Source: Podarcis tiliguerta
Lineage: Eukaryota
DNA: 64,000 bases
Assembly (NCBI GenBank): GCA_965153285.1
Contig: OZ229114.1
Strand: one strand, 5' to 3'
The number at the start of each line of letters is the position of its first letter. Position 1 is the first letter of the stretch. Both the position numbers and the translations under genes were made by a program. Under the pieces are notes generated by a model. The model saw nothing but the letters and a program-made list of their open reading frames with translations. It was not told where the DNA came from and ran no database searches. Positions 1 through 12,545 of this stretch are shown here, one piece after another.

Positions 1-235
1 ATCAATCCCACACAGCTATTTCAAAAGTGGTCCTATTACATATTTGGCAGCCAACTAATTTTCTGTAATTTGATGTGTGGTGTGAAGAATGCACTAGTAT
101 TTCCAAAGTTATGACCCTAAATAGGAGACAGGACCATATCCTTGAAAACAGATATAAAACACAAAGTACATACTTTTACATAATATGTAGAAATAAATGG
201 ACACCTCCCCCCCTGCAAAACGTTTGTGTACAGTA

Positions 236-590
236 AAAAGGTAAAGGGACCCCTGACCATTAGGTCCAGTCGTGACCGACTCTGGGGTTGCGGCACTCAT
301 CTCGCTTTATTGGCCGAGGGAGCCGGTGTACAACTTCTGGATCATGTGGCCAGCATGATGACTAAGCCGCTTCTGGCGAACCAGAGCAGTGCACGGAAAC
401 ACCGTTTACCTTCCCGCTGGAGTGGTACCTATTTATCTACTTGCACTTTGACGTGCTTTCGAACTGCTAGGTTGGCAGGAGCAGGGACCGAGCAACGGGA
501 GCTCACCCTGTCACGGGGATTCAGACCGCCAGCCTTCTGATCAGCAAGTCCTAGGCTCTGTGGTTTAACCCACAGCGCCACCAACGTCCC
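236..590 (-). mobile_element. Sauria-type SINE, subfamily A, full length
   Basis: Reverse complement of the GGGACG..GGTGGCGCTGTGG head and (ACCTTT)n tail. 13-bp TSD tttgtgtacagta at 223-235 and 592-604. Confidence 0.92.
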
Positions 591-2004
591 TTTTGTGTAC
601 AGTACATGCAGTCATATTGCATATTGAAGTATGTGAAGGTACAAGATTTACATAATATAAAGAAATGGTTAATAAACAAAAACTTAAAACTAGGACAATT
701 TTTTTTTTAAGTAGAAGATTCTATTTCTGGTGTGTGTGTATTGGGGGGGGGGGGACCAGAGCAGGTAGTTTAGACAACTGACAGCTTAAAATTATATCCA
801 ATCAGTTGAGCCAATTTTTTTTCTAGGCTACAGTCTGGGTGGCAAAAAATAATGTAAGATAACAGATTTTGGAAATGATTGACAAATGGTATTCATTTTG
901 ATTTCAGACATCCATTCCTTCTCATTCTTGTTAACTGCAATTCTTCAGGGCCCCTTTTTATACAAATATATTTCCATGTAAGAAGGTGCAAAATTAGCTT
1001 ATTTCCTGATTTCTCCGAAGGCAAGGTGTTTCTTTTGTTGAGCTAGCAGCTACTTACATATCTGTGAGCTTAGATGAATAAAATGGAGGGGGGCATGGAG
1101 AGATGACTGAAGCTTGAGTCAACCAAAAGTTCTTTCATGGTGGCATAAATTCTTTTTTAAAAAATCCTGCTGCAGCAGTGGCAGAAATAAATACATATTT
1201 TTCTTTCTCTACTATGCATCTCCAAAGTGCTGTCCAGAAGTGATGTTTCATTTGGTGAACAGTCAGGTGAATACAGGGTGTTTCTGCCTGGAGGTTGAGT
1301 CATCAATATCATACTGCAATTTCTCTGTTTTGTAGAGAAACCCAATCACATTCAACTTGTTTGGGGTGCTGGAATGGAAATTTTTGCCTGGTAGTATTGG
1401 TGCAGAGGTAAGGAGTAATAATTTATGAACTGGACCCCAGTCCATTGTGGCTGTTCAAATTAATTCAGGAAAAGCTGAGCTGGTTTATGCATCTCTTAAA
1501 GAAGAACAGAATGATGGGTGGCCTTGAGATTACAGATGTTCAGGCTGTGCTAAAAAAGAAGCAAATTTTTATCCAAAATTCTTCATCCATATAATGTTCT
1601 ATTTACAACCTTCAATATGCGGTGAAAATGAGATTAAAAGTAAGTAAATATTAAATACTTAAGCAAGTACGTACTTAGACCACCGGCCCATCTCAGGTAG
1701 GGTATACCCTTTTGCATCCTAATTCTGCTGATACTCTTATTATTTTATTTTAAGAAAGCCCAGAAAACAAAAACAGCTACAATAATAATAGACAATAAAA
1801 GTTGCTCATAAGAATTGTTCATTGTTTGTAGTTAACAAATAGCAGAAAATATGGACAGCTACTACTGTACTGGCTCAATAAGATCCAGCATTTACCAAGT
1901 ATTTTCATGGCTGCTTTGTCAACTGTTTCTAGCATGTTGCTTTGGAAGGGCCAGTGAGCATAACAGTACCCAAGGTCACATGAAGGGTGCAGTTGCTTCA
2001 CTAA

Positions 2005-2094
2005 GGCTGCTATCCTAACCCCAGTTACCTGGAACTAAGCCCCACTGAATTAAATAGCATTTACTTCTGAGTACACATGATTAGGATTGTGCTG
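2005..2094. repeat. ~90-bp imperfect palindromic MITE-like repeat (related copies ~35690-35791, ~52068-52163, ~58020-58108)
   Basis: gctgc(a)atcct..taagcccca(c)tgaa..ttact..aggattg..gc hairpin-type layout recurring several times in the window. Confidence 0.6.
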
Positions 2095-2180
2095 TAAAGT
2101 TGTGATCCTGTGCACACTTATTTCAGACAGTTCCTTCCAGTGCATTCCCAAGAGACTCTCAATTGCTTAGTGTATAATCA

Positions 2181-2775
2181 CACGGGTGGCGCTGTGGTCT
2201 AAACCACAGAGCCTAGGGCTTGCTGATCAGAAAGTTGCCGATTCGAATCCCTGCTACGGGGTGAGCTCCCATCGCTATGTCCCTGCTCCTGCCAACCTAG
2301 CAGTTTGAAAGCACGTCAAAGTGCAAGTAGTTGCTGTATTTTTCGCTCTATAAGACGCACCAGACCACAAGACACACCTAGTTTTTGGTGGAGGAAAACA
2401 AGTAAAAAGTATTCTGAATCTCAGAAGCCAGAACAGCAAGAGGGATTGCTGTGCAGTGAAAGCAGCAATCCCTCTTGCTGTTCTGGCTTCTAGGATAGCT
2501 GTGCAGCCTGCATTCGCTCCATAAGACGCACACACATTTCCCCTTACTTTTTAGGAGGGAAAAAGTGAGTCTTATAGAGCAAAAAATACGGTAAATAGGT
2601 ACTGCTCTGGCGGGAAGGTAAACGGCATTTCCGTGTACTGCTCTGGTTCGCCAGAAGCGGCTTAGTCATGCTGGCCACATGACCCGGAAGCTCCTCGGCC
2701 AGTAAAGTGAGATGAGCGCCGCAACCCCAGAGTTGTCCACGACTGGACCTAACGGTCAGGGGTACCTTTACCCTT
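2181..2775 (+). mobile_element. Sauria-type SINE, subfamily A, interrupted by a Tc2-like MITE
   Basis: Head acgggtggcgctgtgg and tail acctttaccctt. TSD tataatca at 2173-2180 and 2776-2783. The body resumes (aataggtac..) after the insert. Confidence 0.9.
2334..2591. mobile_element. Non-autonomous Tc1/mariner (Tc2-like) MITE
   Basis: TIRs c(t)gtatttttcgctctataagac / gtcttatagagcaaaaaatacgg with TA on the right flank. Inserted at the ..gtaga-TA-aataggtac site of a SINE. Confidence 0.85.
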
Positions 2776-5142
2776 TATAATCAAAGGAGGGAGAAGGGGG
2801 GAAAAAGGAAAATTGAAATGGTCCAACATTCATTTTGAGCCACCCATACTAGAAAGGTTTTCAATTCCTTGTTTAAAATAATGTATTTTACTTTTCTTTT
2901 TTTTTAACCCTGGATACAGAAGTGCCAGCTAGTGATGATTATGATTGGTTGTACTGTTCAGATATGATTGGTCAGCACAGGAGATAGTCTCTAAATGAGA
3001 AGTAATACATTGGATGTGAGTGTGGAGGCAGAGGAGAGAATGAGCAATAGTTTAGGGAAGGTTTGAGGTTCAGAAAGATGATTGGGTGTGCAATGCATTC
3101 CCTTCCCCCCTCTCAATGAAGTTTGTATAGGATTGCAGCTTAAATCATATAATTAGGATGGATGAAAGGGAGCATAGATTTGTATATTACTGATATCAGA
3201 GGGTGAAAGGTGTTGATTGCAGAGGAACTGGAGGTAGTACAAGCCTCCTTATATTAGAGGTTTCCAGATGTTGCTCCTAGGGAAAGACATGTTAGTAGTA
3301 ACTATTGGGATTGTATGCCAGAAAGAAAATGAGCAGTGAAAGGAGAACAGCAGCTGCTGTTAGCTGATAGCATTTTTTTTTTATGTTGTGCCATTTTATA
3401 TTTTTCAGTAAGTGGAGAAATGATAGGAAATGTCTATAGAAATACATCATTGTGAAATATACTATATTCAAAAGATGTGTGTGCTCTCCCTTCTGATTTT
3501 CTTCCGTCTTTTCATCCATCCTGCATAAATATGGACGCTCTCCTCTGGTGTATTTCATTGAGTTGTTTTATAGAAGTGGCTTGTGGAATACTCTTGACTT
3601 CAGCTTTGAATAATATGCAGAATGGTTCAGGAAAACATTTCATTTTTACTAATTGGAATGAATTCAGTCAGGGGTTCAGGGAGGGAAATGTACCATGGAT
3701 CTTTTTCTCTTGAGGCGATATCACCATAAATGGCTGGATCTAGAAGCAACTCACAAATTATGAATTGTGAGAGCAGATTAATGCTACACTGTGCTGTCGA
3801 TTATTGACAAGTAAATAGTTCCTTGCCTGGAAACCCCCTGATGCCAAATAGGGCTGTCCAAATGCTTCCAAAAGGGAGCTGTTAAACTGGAAACACCTTG
3901 ATTCAGAATCAGTGCAATTGTGTGTAAAAATTGAAATGATGCAATCGTTCCATGTATCATATGAGAATGGAAACAAACTACAGATAACGAGCATGACACT
4001 GAGCAGCTTAAAATTATTTAAGGAGTTACTGTTGGCATGTTAAAATAGGAAATATTGCCTTGCAGAATTAAAGTACGGCTGTGTTGAAGTGTGAGCAGGA
4101 TACTTAAAAAGAGATTTGTTTGTTTATTAAAAATACAATGAAGTTATATAACTTGAAGTTCAACCATTGATTGATAATGCTATGTTAGGAAAATGCAAAG
4201 AGAAATTTATAGTTATTGTAAATTTAAGAGAAAGGATATTTCAAGTTAATTTACTAGTTAAAAAAAAAACCCTTTTGTGAAATTATTTTATTTTTGTAGA
4301 AGCCTTGGACTAGACATAAATCCCCAGTGGCTGGTTATAAAAGTTGAAAATAAAACTGATGATGGGTTTTACCTGCATGCAGAATGTAATAGCTTGCACT
4401 GGGGTTATTTAATGTGTAAATACATTCTGTTCAATGCCATTTGGATTGCCTGTAATTTGGGGCTAATATAGTTTTACATATATACTAATGAACTGTATTG
4501 CCATCTTGCTGTGAGAGGTCTTCTCTTCAATGTCTGTTAAGGATTTAAAACTGTTTGGGTTTTTAAAAAATCTATTTTGCAGTGCATCCTGGCTTCCCTG
4601 GAAGAATATTACACCTGAGAGATATTGGGATAATTTGTTTTGGTTAATAAATTATTTGGATAGTTGTGGAATTTTGACTATACTTGATTGTCTTTGCTTG
4701 TCGCCCCTGAAACATGTTTATTTATGTATAAACTGTTCTTCCTTTTCAGAGGTTTGGAGCTATTTAAGTAGTTAAAATAAGCTACAGTTTAAAGTAAAAT
4801 ATGGTTTAATGTAATGTGTGAACCAGGCCACTGAAAACTGAGCATTTGACTGACCTCATTCTGGACATTGGTATTAAAATCTTTGCCACATACAGCTTGG
4901 GAAAGTGGATTGTCGCATCTTCCTTATTTTAGCAAGCCCTTTATAACATAATTATTAACTTCAATAATATTTTGTGGGCAATATTCCATGTTCGTTCCTA
5001 ATTTCAGATTTGGATGCATCTTGCAACACCAGATTTTATGTTTGTATTTGTAAATTTAAAACTAGGCCACTTTTTTATTTTTAAAATGCCACCATTTTCC
5101 ATTTTTAAATCTTTGGTATTCTAGTAATTTCACATATTTAGA

Positions 5143-5143
<1 letters not shown>

Positions 5144-5182
<39 letters not shown>
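5144..5182 (+). repeat. (AAT)13 microsatellite
   Basis: Direct reading of the sequence. Confidence 0.97.
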
Positions 5183-5184
<2 letters not shown>

Positions 5185-7533
5185 AGGCTCTCCATTATGA
5201 AACACAGTTTGTGTTACTTTTGTTTTGCCACTGCTGCTATATTCAACACAAGATTATTGTTGATCATTGAGGTTCATATTTAAATATCTGCTTAAAGCTT
5301 CAGTCCTAATTATGTAAGTCGGACTTCCTTCTGAACTAACGTGCATAGAATTTACGCTATCTATCTGTGGTTCGATATATGCCTTCCCCAACTGGGTGCC
5401 CCCCAAATGTTTTGGAAAACAGCTCCCATTATCTATGACCACTGGGCATGCTGACCACTGTGTTTTAGGCAAATGCAACAGAATATTTGCAGACTTACTA
5501 TGTATTTCTTTTGCTATGTCCATCTTACTTTAATTTCCAGTCAGTGTCAAAGTTACAGAAAACACATATCGTTACCCAGGTGTTCTGAGAAGGAACACTG
5601 TAAAGTACAAAAAAAGATTTTCAATACTTGTGGCAGGGAAAAATGTGACCAACAAACCAGTTTTAGAGTTTAGCTACACTTGGTAAATTTGGAAGCCTTG
5701 TAAATCTAGAGTAAGTGGGGATAGCATTGGGCTCACTAATTTGCAAACAAGACTAGAGTGGCTCCAGGGATTTCTTTGAATGGGACTAAAATAAGTGGCT
5801 TTCCTAGTCATTAAGTTTACAAGCCTTTGCAAATCAATAGACCAGTCTGTTACGAAACAAATGACTGTCTTTAAAAAGCAAAAAGCGGGGATTTCACCAC
5901 AGTGATCCAGGCAGTAACTAAGGTAACTAGGAAGTATTAAATCAGCATATTTAATTGCAGACTTTAAGGTTAGAGACATTGGGCTCAGGTAATAAGCCAA
6001 ATCAGAGGAAAAATAATAGAATCACAGTGGATAGACTCTAGAAATATTTGTTCTCCAGTTCCATGCCATATTTGTTTCCTCGCACTTAAGCCTGTCTTAT
6101 CTATATCCACAAGGAGAGAATAGCACTTAACATGCAAACTATGTTGGCTAGATTATGGAAAGGAATAAATATACCTAATAGGAAATGGGTAAGTGTGTAA
6201 CTGTTGATCAGCTGGACTTTTGATACAGTTTAACTGGTGGAAATTCCATATAAAGCTAGTTGGACAAATGTGGGAATGTTTTATGAGTTATCCAGGAACC
6301 CAAAATGATCACGCAAGGGATTTAAAAATCAATTACCTTCCACAACTCTAGCATTCAAATAAGCCATTTTTCATCAAGTCAAACCTTAATATATACTAGA
6401 AAAGTCATTAGTACACCATTGTTCATTCTTCAAGATCACTTCTATGATATGCCCAGATGTATTTGGAGCATATGCTCCAATATTGATTGCAAATTCAATT
6501 TAAGGCAAATCTCTTCTGTCAAGGTTTCAGTTGACAATATCGTTCTCAATATTTTCTGTCCCTGCTTTTATGCTCTTGCTGATGTTAGTAATATATTGTT
6601 TTTCAAATTATTTTGGGCTTTTGTGTTGCAGTGTAAACCAATGAAAGCATCAGGAAAGCAGCATATAAGCATTTTATTAAAGTACCACTCAGTATACACT
6701 TACCTCTGAGAGACACCTGGGACAGTCTGAACACACTTCCAGGTTTCCTTAGCTTATAGACTATAATGAGAAGCAAAAACTCCCCTTGGTATTGTAACTG
6801 TGGCATGTTGAATATCTCTTTAATGAGCCTGTAATGGAACATTTCATTTCCCCCTTTGATACTTGCCTGGTGTGATTTAGTCCCACTGGGCATGGCTCTA
6901 CTTCATTTTATATCTGGGTCAGGCATGTTGGGACCGAGTAGAAGGCTGTCTAAGCTGCTTTGCTTAGCTGCCATATAGATTTCTATGTATTGTTCTGAAG
7001 AAAAAGGAAATTCCCTTTGAACCTGCCTGTCCCTGCTGAGTGTTCATATGAGAGTAGAATCTTTCACAACATGGACTCCCATGTTATGCTGAATTCAGGT
7101 ACAAACTGTCTCCATCCATGTTTGTGTGAAAGAGTGCACACTTGTGGATTAATCCAGCTCAGCTACAGTGTACACAGGTACAAGACTCTACTCTCATTCA
7201 TTGTACATTAGATATGTACAACTCAACTATTGTGTACATATACATCGTATGCTTGTTGAATGTAATGTGTGAATGCCCCTGGAGTTGTATAGAAGAGGGA
7301 ATTTCAGAAGGTGTAGCTTGCATAATGAGCTATACTTGATGAAATTCTGTCTTTTCAAACCAACTGCTAAAGGTGTAGCAACCCTTTTTCATCTGGTCAC
7401 CTTACCTGGATCTTGGAGGCAAATAACAAATATATGGTATCAGAAGGCCTGTCTTCTATTTTGGTCTCCAGCACACCAAACAGAACTGATGCCTAAGATA
7501 AAGCCAATTTGGATCAAATGTATAGGCTACAGG

Positions 7534-8238
7534 CATACCCTCCAACATTTATCCAATGAAAATAGGGACATCCGATTCCATAATGATAATTTCACTGTTT
7601 TTACACCACCCATCTTACTGGGTTGTCCCAGCCACTCTGGGCAGCTTCCAACATATATAAAAGCATAATAAACCATTAAACATTTTTAAAAAATCCTATG
7701 CAGTATTGCCTTCAGACGGCTCGAGGGTTACATAACTCCATACCCTCCAACATTTCTCCCATGAAAATAGTGGCCTCCTAAGGAAAAGTGGGGGATGCGG
7801 GTGGTGCTGTGGGTTAAACCACAGAGCCTAGGACTTGCCAATCAGAAGGTCGGCAGTTCGATTCCCCATGACGGGGTGAGCTCCCGTTGCTCGGTCCCTG
7901 CTCCTGCCAACCTAGCAGTTCGAAAGCACATCAAAGTGCAAGTAGATAAATAGGTACCGCTCCGGCGGGAAGGTAAACGGCATTTCTGTGCGCTGCTCTG
8001 GTTCGCCAGAAGCGGCTTAGTCATGCTGGCCACATGACCCAGAATCTGTACGCCGGCTCCCTTGGCCAATAAAGCGAGATGAGCGCCGCAACCCCAGAGT
8101 TGGCCACGACTGAACCTAATGGTCAGGGGTCCCTTTACCTTTAAGGAAAAGTGGGACATTCTGGGATCAAATCAGAAACTGGGACAGCTTCTTTAAATCA
8201 GGGATGTCTCTGGAAAATAGGGACACTTGGAGGGCCTG
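7534..8238. mobile_element. Composite hAT-like MITE (cataccctccaa...ttggagggcctg) carrying an internal LINE-tail fragment and a later SINE insertion
   Basis: Terminal motif cataccctccaacattt occurs at 7534 and again at 7739. The right end ggacacttggagggcctg is its inverted counterpart. No clean 8-bp TSD seen. Confidence 0.55.
7792..8141 (+). mobile_element. Sauria-type SINE, subfamily A, full length
   Basis: Head gggatgcgggtggtgctgtggg and tail ccctttacctt. TSD taaggaaaagtgg at 7779-7791 and 8142-8154. Confidence 0.92.
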
Positions 8239-11200
8239 CGAAAGTGATAGCTTGGTAACCTTCACCATTCTCTAGCAACAGTCCAGTGCTGTAATAATGA
8301 TTCATAATGGCTAAAAACACTGTTGTCTACTACTGTCCCCAGCCAGTTGATGTGCATTTAGAGATGTTATCTCATATCCTGAAAACAAATGAAGATGTGG
8401 TCTCTTACCTGGCTCTAAAACCTCAATATAAGTTGGGGAGAAGTGCTATGGAGATCTTAAATGCTCACAGGATAGGCAAGCACCATACAGAGACTCTAAA
8501 TTATGGCGACCGTGTTGCTGATGGTGAGAGGGAATTTAAACTTGGAGCAAGAAGGAGGGAACTGTGGAGGAAAACAGAAACTGAAAGGTCAGCAAGAATG
8601 ATTTCTTGATAGTTTTGTGCAATTTCAACCTTGTTTTGGAAGCTTTTGGAACAACATCCTCTCATTTAGCATTCCTTTTGTCTTCCATGGTTTGGCAGTA
8701 ACTCTAACAAATGTAGTGCTTTTTTTTAGTCACAGTATCTAACAATTAGTTAGCCGGTGGCAACATACACTTCCCATAGGATGTTGCTTCTCATTCCCAA
8801 CTAGAGTAAGATGATGACTAAAGATGACAGATCTATTAATTATCCATGCATGTTTGGTTGTTTTCTTCAGCCTTAAGGATTCCACTTAATGCAGATCATA
8901 TTGAAACTGCCGGAAGGATTGTGGTGTCCATGTATGACAGTTAGGAGTGAAGCTCTCCCTTCCAAAGGACACCTATGTAGTTTGTGTGCACCTCTCACAG
9001 GCAATTTGAAATAATTTGTAGAAGTAGGGATATGTGAAAGTGCCTTAGTCCATTCTGACATCCATTCGTACTTGTAATGTGGTATTTTCCATTCTGTTCC
9101 AATTGGTTTATTTTGCATAAGTCTTTCTTTCATTTTGTCATCTGCTGATGGGGACTTCCGACGGCTTTGCTCACAAGGGTCATAGGAATGTGCAAGGCCA
9201 CTCACCAGCCCCAGCCCCAGCCCCTCCCAATTAAGTAGACTGCTATTTGTGGGTTTAAATAAACATTCTCATGTTCCTGTTTTCATCCTGATACACATCA
9301 AGCCTTGTGTTAAAGGCACTAGTAGTAAACAGTGGGGAAGCTGGCATGGAGCTGAAGTAAGATAGATGCTTCCTTCCTATTGTATAGTAAGTCAGATTTC
9401 AGTGACCTGAAGCAAGATTGTCCTTTTCTGAGAAAATTGGAAAAGCAGAAAATGGTTTAGGGAGCAGAGGAAGGTTATCTGATTAGAACACTTCTGAATG
9501 ACAGCAGCTTTTGAGTGGAATATAAAATAATTATCTCATTTGTGGTCAGTTCAGATTGAATATTGTTTGTTCTCTCTGGGAGACTGGGTGACCTTTATTT
9601 TATGCATGTATTTCATTGTTGTAGTTTTTTACTTGATATTATTTACTTGTTTGTATTTTTTTAAAATGAAGTCCAGATCAACCCATCTTTTCATATTATT
9701 TATCACCAGTGTCACAAACACACTGCTCTGATGATATGTCTTTGCTCCTCCTTCCATCTAGTGTAGGATCTTTTTAGTTTTGCCTTACTTTGTCTTCACC
9801 TTCTAGTATCCAGAAGTTTCACAGCCCTCCCAGAAAAGTGTATTCTAAACTGTCCATATTTAGGGAGATCTTTTGGATTGGGATAATTTCAAAGACTTTA
9901 TTCTAGAGGCACAGATAGTGAAGTCTGCCACAGAACTGTACTACCTCAGGACTCCTTGCTTATATAAGCTCCTATTGTTTCTCAAAAACTTTCTCTTAGA
10001 CACATGGAAGAGTATGTTGTTTTAACAAGAAATCTCTTCCATTCATTCTACAGTGGTACAGTCCCATGAGAAGGCTGTGGCTTTTGATGGCTTTTCTTAT
10101 TTAGATTTATCCCACCTAGAGCAGGGGTAGGTATTAAAGGCCAAATTTGACATGGCGGTATGTGTATGCTTTCTCTAAGTCTAGGACCTGATCACAGTAC
10201 ACAGCAGGCACTATCTTTCTGTGTGTCACACATGTGGAAGCATATCATTTAGACTTCACAAATATTTTAAAGCATTATAAATGCACATATAAAACAATAT
10301 AAATCTCTATATAACCACACTAACTAGTACTTGAAAGTTGTGTGTGTGTGTGTAAAATATATACATTACTTGTCATATATACAAATACATTACAAGTGCT
10401 GGTTATTGCAGTTGCATGCAAAATACTATGGATATATTTTCTTAAATGTATTAATGTTACCATAATCATTTATTTAATGAATAAAAGATTTAGAGAGAAA
10501 ATGAAGTAGGAAAGCAAGACAGTTGAGGTCGAAACCCAGAAGCAAGGGTCAGTTTTATCTTACTAGGTCTTGTTAGACAATTGTCGCTTTATTCCTAGCA
10601 TAGCCCAGATAGTTGTCTGTGTAAGTAATCTGGCTTTTTCTCTTGGACCTGTTCTGCTCTCAGCTTTAACGCCTTGTTTTTAACTTAGTGGCAGACTAAG
10701 TTACATTTATTTTGACTCTTGCCAGAGTGCTGTGCAGTGGCCTGAGAGTTATGCAGCAAGAGACCTCCATCCATGTTGTTCGGTGGATTAACATCTGAAA
10801 GAAACAGCCTCTTCCTTTAAGGGCAGGCTCACAGGCCATGTTATTGTATATAATACTTCAAAGTTTCATTCCTGGGACTGCTCTTGAAAGTTACCCATAA
10901 TTGTCAGCTGATGCAAAGCACTCCCCGCCCCCTTAAGTCTTCGGGGAGGATGAACCAAAGGCAATAAGTTATTTGGCTGTTGAGCACTGGTTATCAGTTA
11001 GCTTCTGGGTGCAATGCAAGGTGCTGGTTTTAGACTATGAAGCTCTTTTCGGAAACATAAAACATTTTATTTAAAGTGGTATGGGTGGACAGGGATAGGG
11101 TAGAGTTGCTAGCTTACTGTTATTACCTGTCCTGAGCTCATGGGGTAAAGCAGGCCATAATTACAGTTAATAACTAACGAAATCCTTCATGTGGACTTTC

Positions 11201-12099
11201 TGAGGAGTTGTACCAGCAAAATATATTTAAGGGTTGATTCAATTTTACATGTATTTGATATGCCTTATTTTTCCAATTTTACCTCATCTAGTATCGGAAT
11301 AGAAATAATTCCATTTGTCTCAGGCCCTCATTGATAGCTCACATTTTATGCTATGGTCACAGAACATTACAATTCTGTTAAAAAGCTTCATTGTTATACA
11401 ACCATTTAAGAGTTAAGTTTGTTCAACTCCATTAGGGTCCCAATATTAATTAGCCATATCTTCTCAGCGGCACTATGTTCGCTTTCTTGTTTTAAGAAAG
11501 TGGTCAGTTTTGCTGTAGTTATTAAATTCCCCCAAAGCATATTAATGTCAAAGTTAACAACTCTCAAGGGGTGAATTCATTTGTGCATTCCAACATTTTT
11601 CCTAATATACTACAGAAATGTATGCAATATGACTTGATTTTACAACACCAACCATATCACATTGCCATTGTTAATTTGAATATGTCAGATAAATCCTTTT
11701 AGATCTGGCTAAAAAACAAGGAGCTAAAAAACACACCTTATTATATAGAAACACAGTATATGAGCCATATTTATAAATATATGGCCATTGTTTATCAGGG
11801 ATATCAGTGTCTATAAAGTTTTCTATTTTTAGGGCTGTGTTGCCATGCAGATCTGCATGGCTCTGTCCTATGAGTTCCATAATGTTTTAGGGCTCAGGCT
11901 GCAATCATATGTGTACTGGGACTTTCTTCCATTTTAGGACTGTACAGTTCTCCATCTCTGTTAATTTATGTTTTGAACAATTGACTTGTCTTTTCTAATC
12001 TAGAAGTTGATAATGGCTACATGTAACAAGAGTGCTGCACCAAGTGATGCTGTGTTCCAGAGTGACAATGAGCTTGAGCCCTTCCTCCCTCTTTCTTTT

Positions 12100-12545
12100 A
12101 AGCACATGAGGCAAGCCCCGCTGGATCCTACCAAAGGCCCATCTAGCCTATTATCCTGTTCTCTCTATGACCAACCAAATGCCTATGAGGAGCCTGAAAG
12201 GAGAACCTCAGTACAGTTATACTCTCCCCTACTTGTGATTCCCAACAACTGGTATTGAAGGGCATTCTCCCTTCAACAGTGGAAGTAGATAGTAGCCATT
12301 AATAGCCTTATCCTCTATGGCAGGCATAGCTAAACTTTGCCCTCCATATGTTTTGGGACTACAGCTCCCATCATCCCTAGCTAACAGGACCAGTGGTCAG
12401 GGATGATGGGAATTGTAGTCCCAAAACATCAGGAGGGCCAAGAGACTATGGGTTTGTCTAAACCCCTTTTATAGCCATCTACATTTGTGGCTATCTCTAC
12501 ATCTTGTGATAGCAAATTCATAGATTTAACTCTGTGCTATGTGAA
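12100..12545 (-). mobile_element. Old CR1-type LINE 3' end, interrupted by a hairpin MITE (related copies ~17395-17530 on - and ~58365-58581 on +)
   Basis: ctggatc..ccaaaggcccatctag..atcctgttctc and ..aacccctttt..agccatc..tgtg..agcaaattc.. motifs are typical of a CR1 3'UTR/ORF2 end. The 58.5-kb copy ends in ttcttatg. Confidence 0.65.
12321..12442. mobile_element. Hairpin hAT-type MITE (right end eroded)
   Basis: caggcatag..ccctcca.atgttttgggactaca..cccatcatccct..agggatgatggga.ttgtagtcccaaaacatc.ggagggc palindrome, same family as 55148-55283. Confidence 0.8.

Noticed and set aside
226-540. Recurrent ORFs containing GTYLSTCTLTCFRTARLAGAGT (also 7842, 14577, 48094 and others)
   Set aside because: They are translations of Sauria SINE copies, not a protein family.
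11823-11832. Perfect MEF2-like site ctatttttag
   Set aside because: An isolated AT-rich decamer is expected by chance in this base composition, and there is no supporting context.
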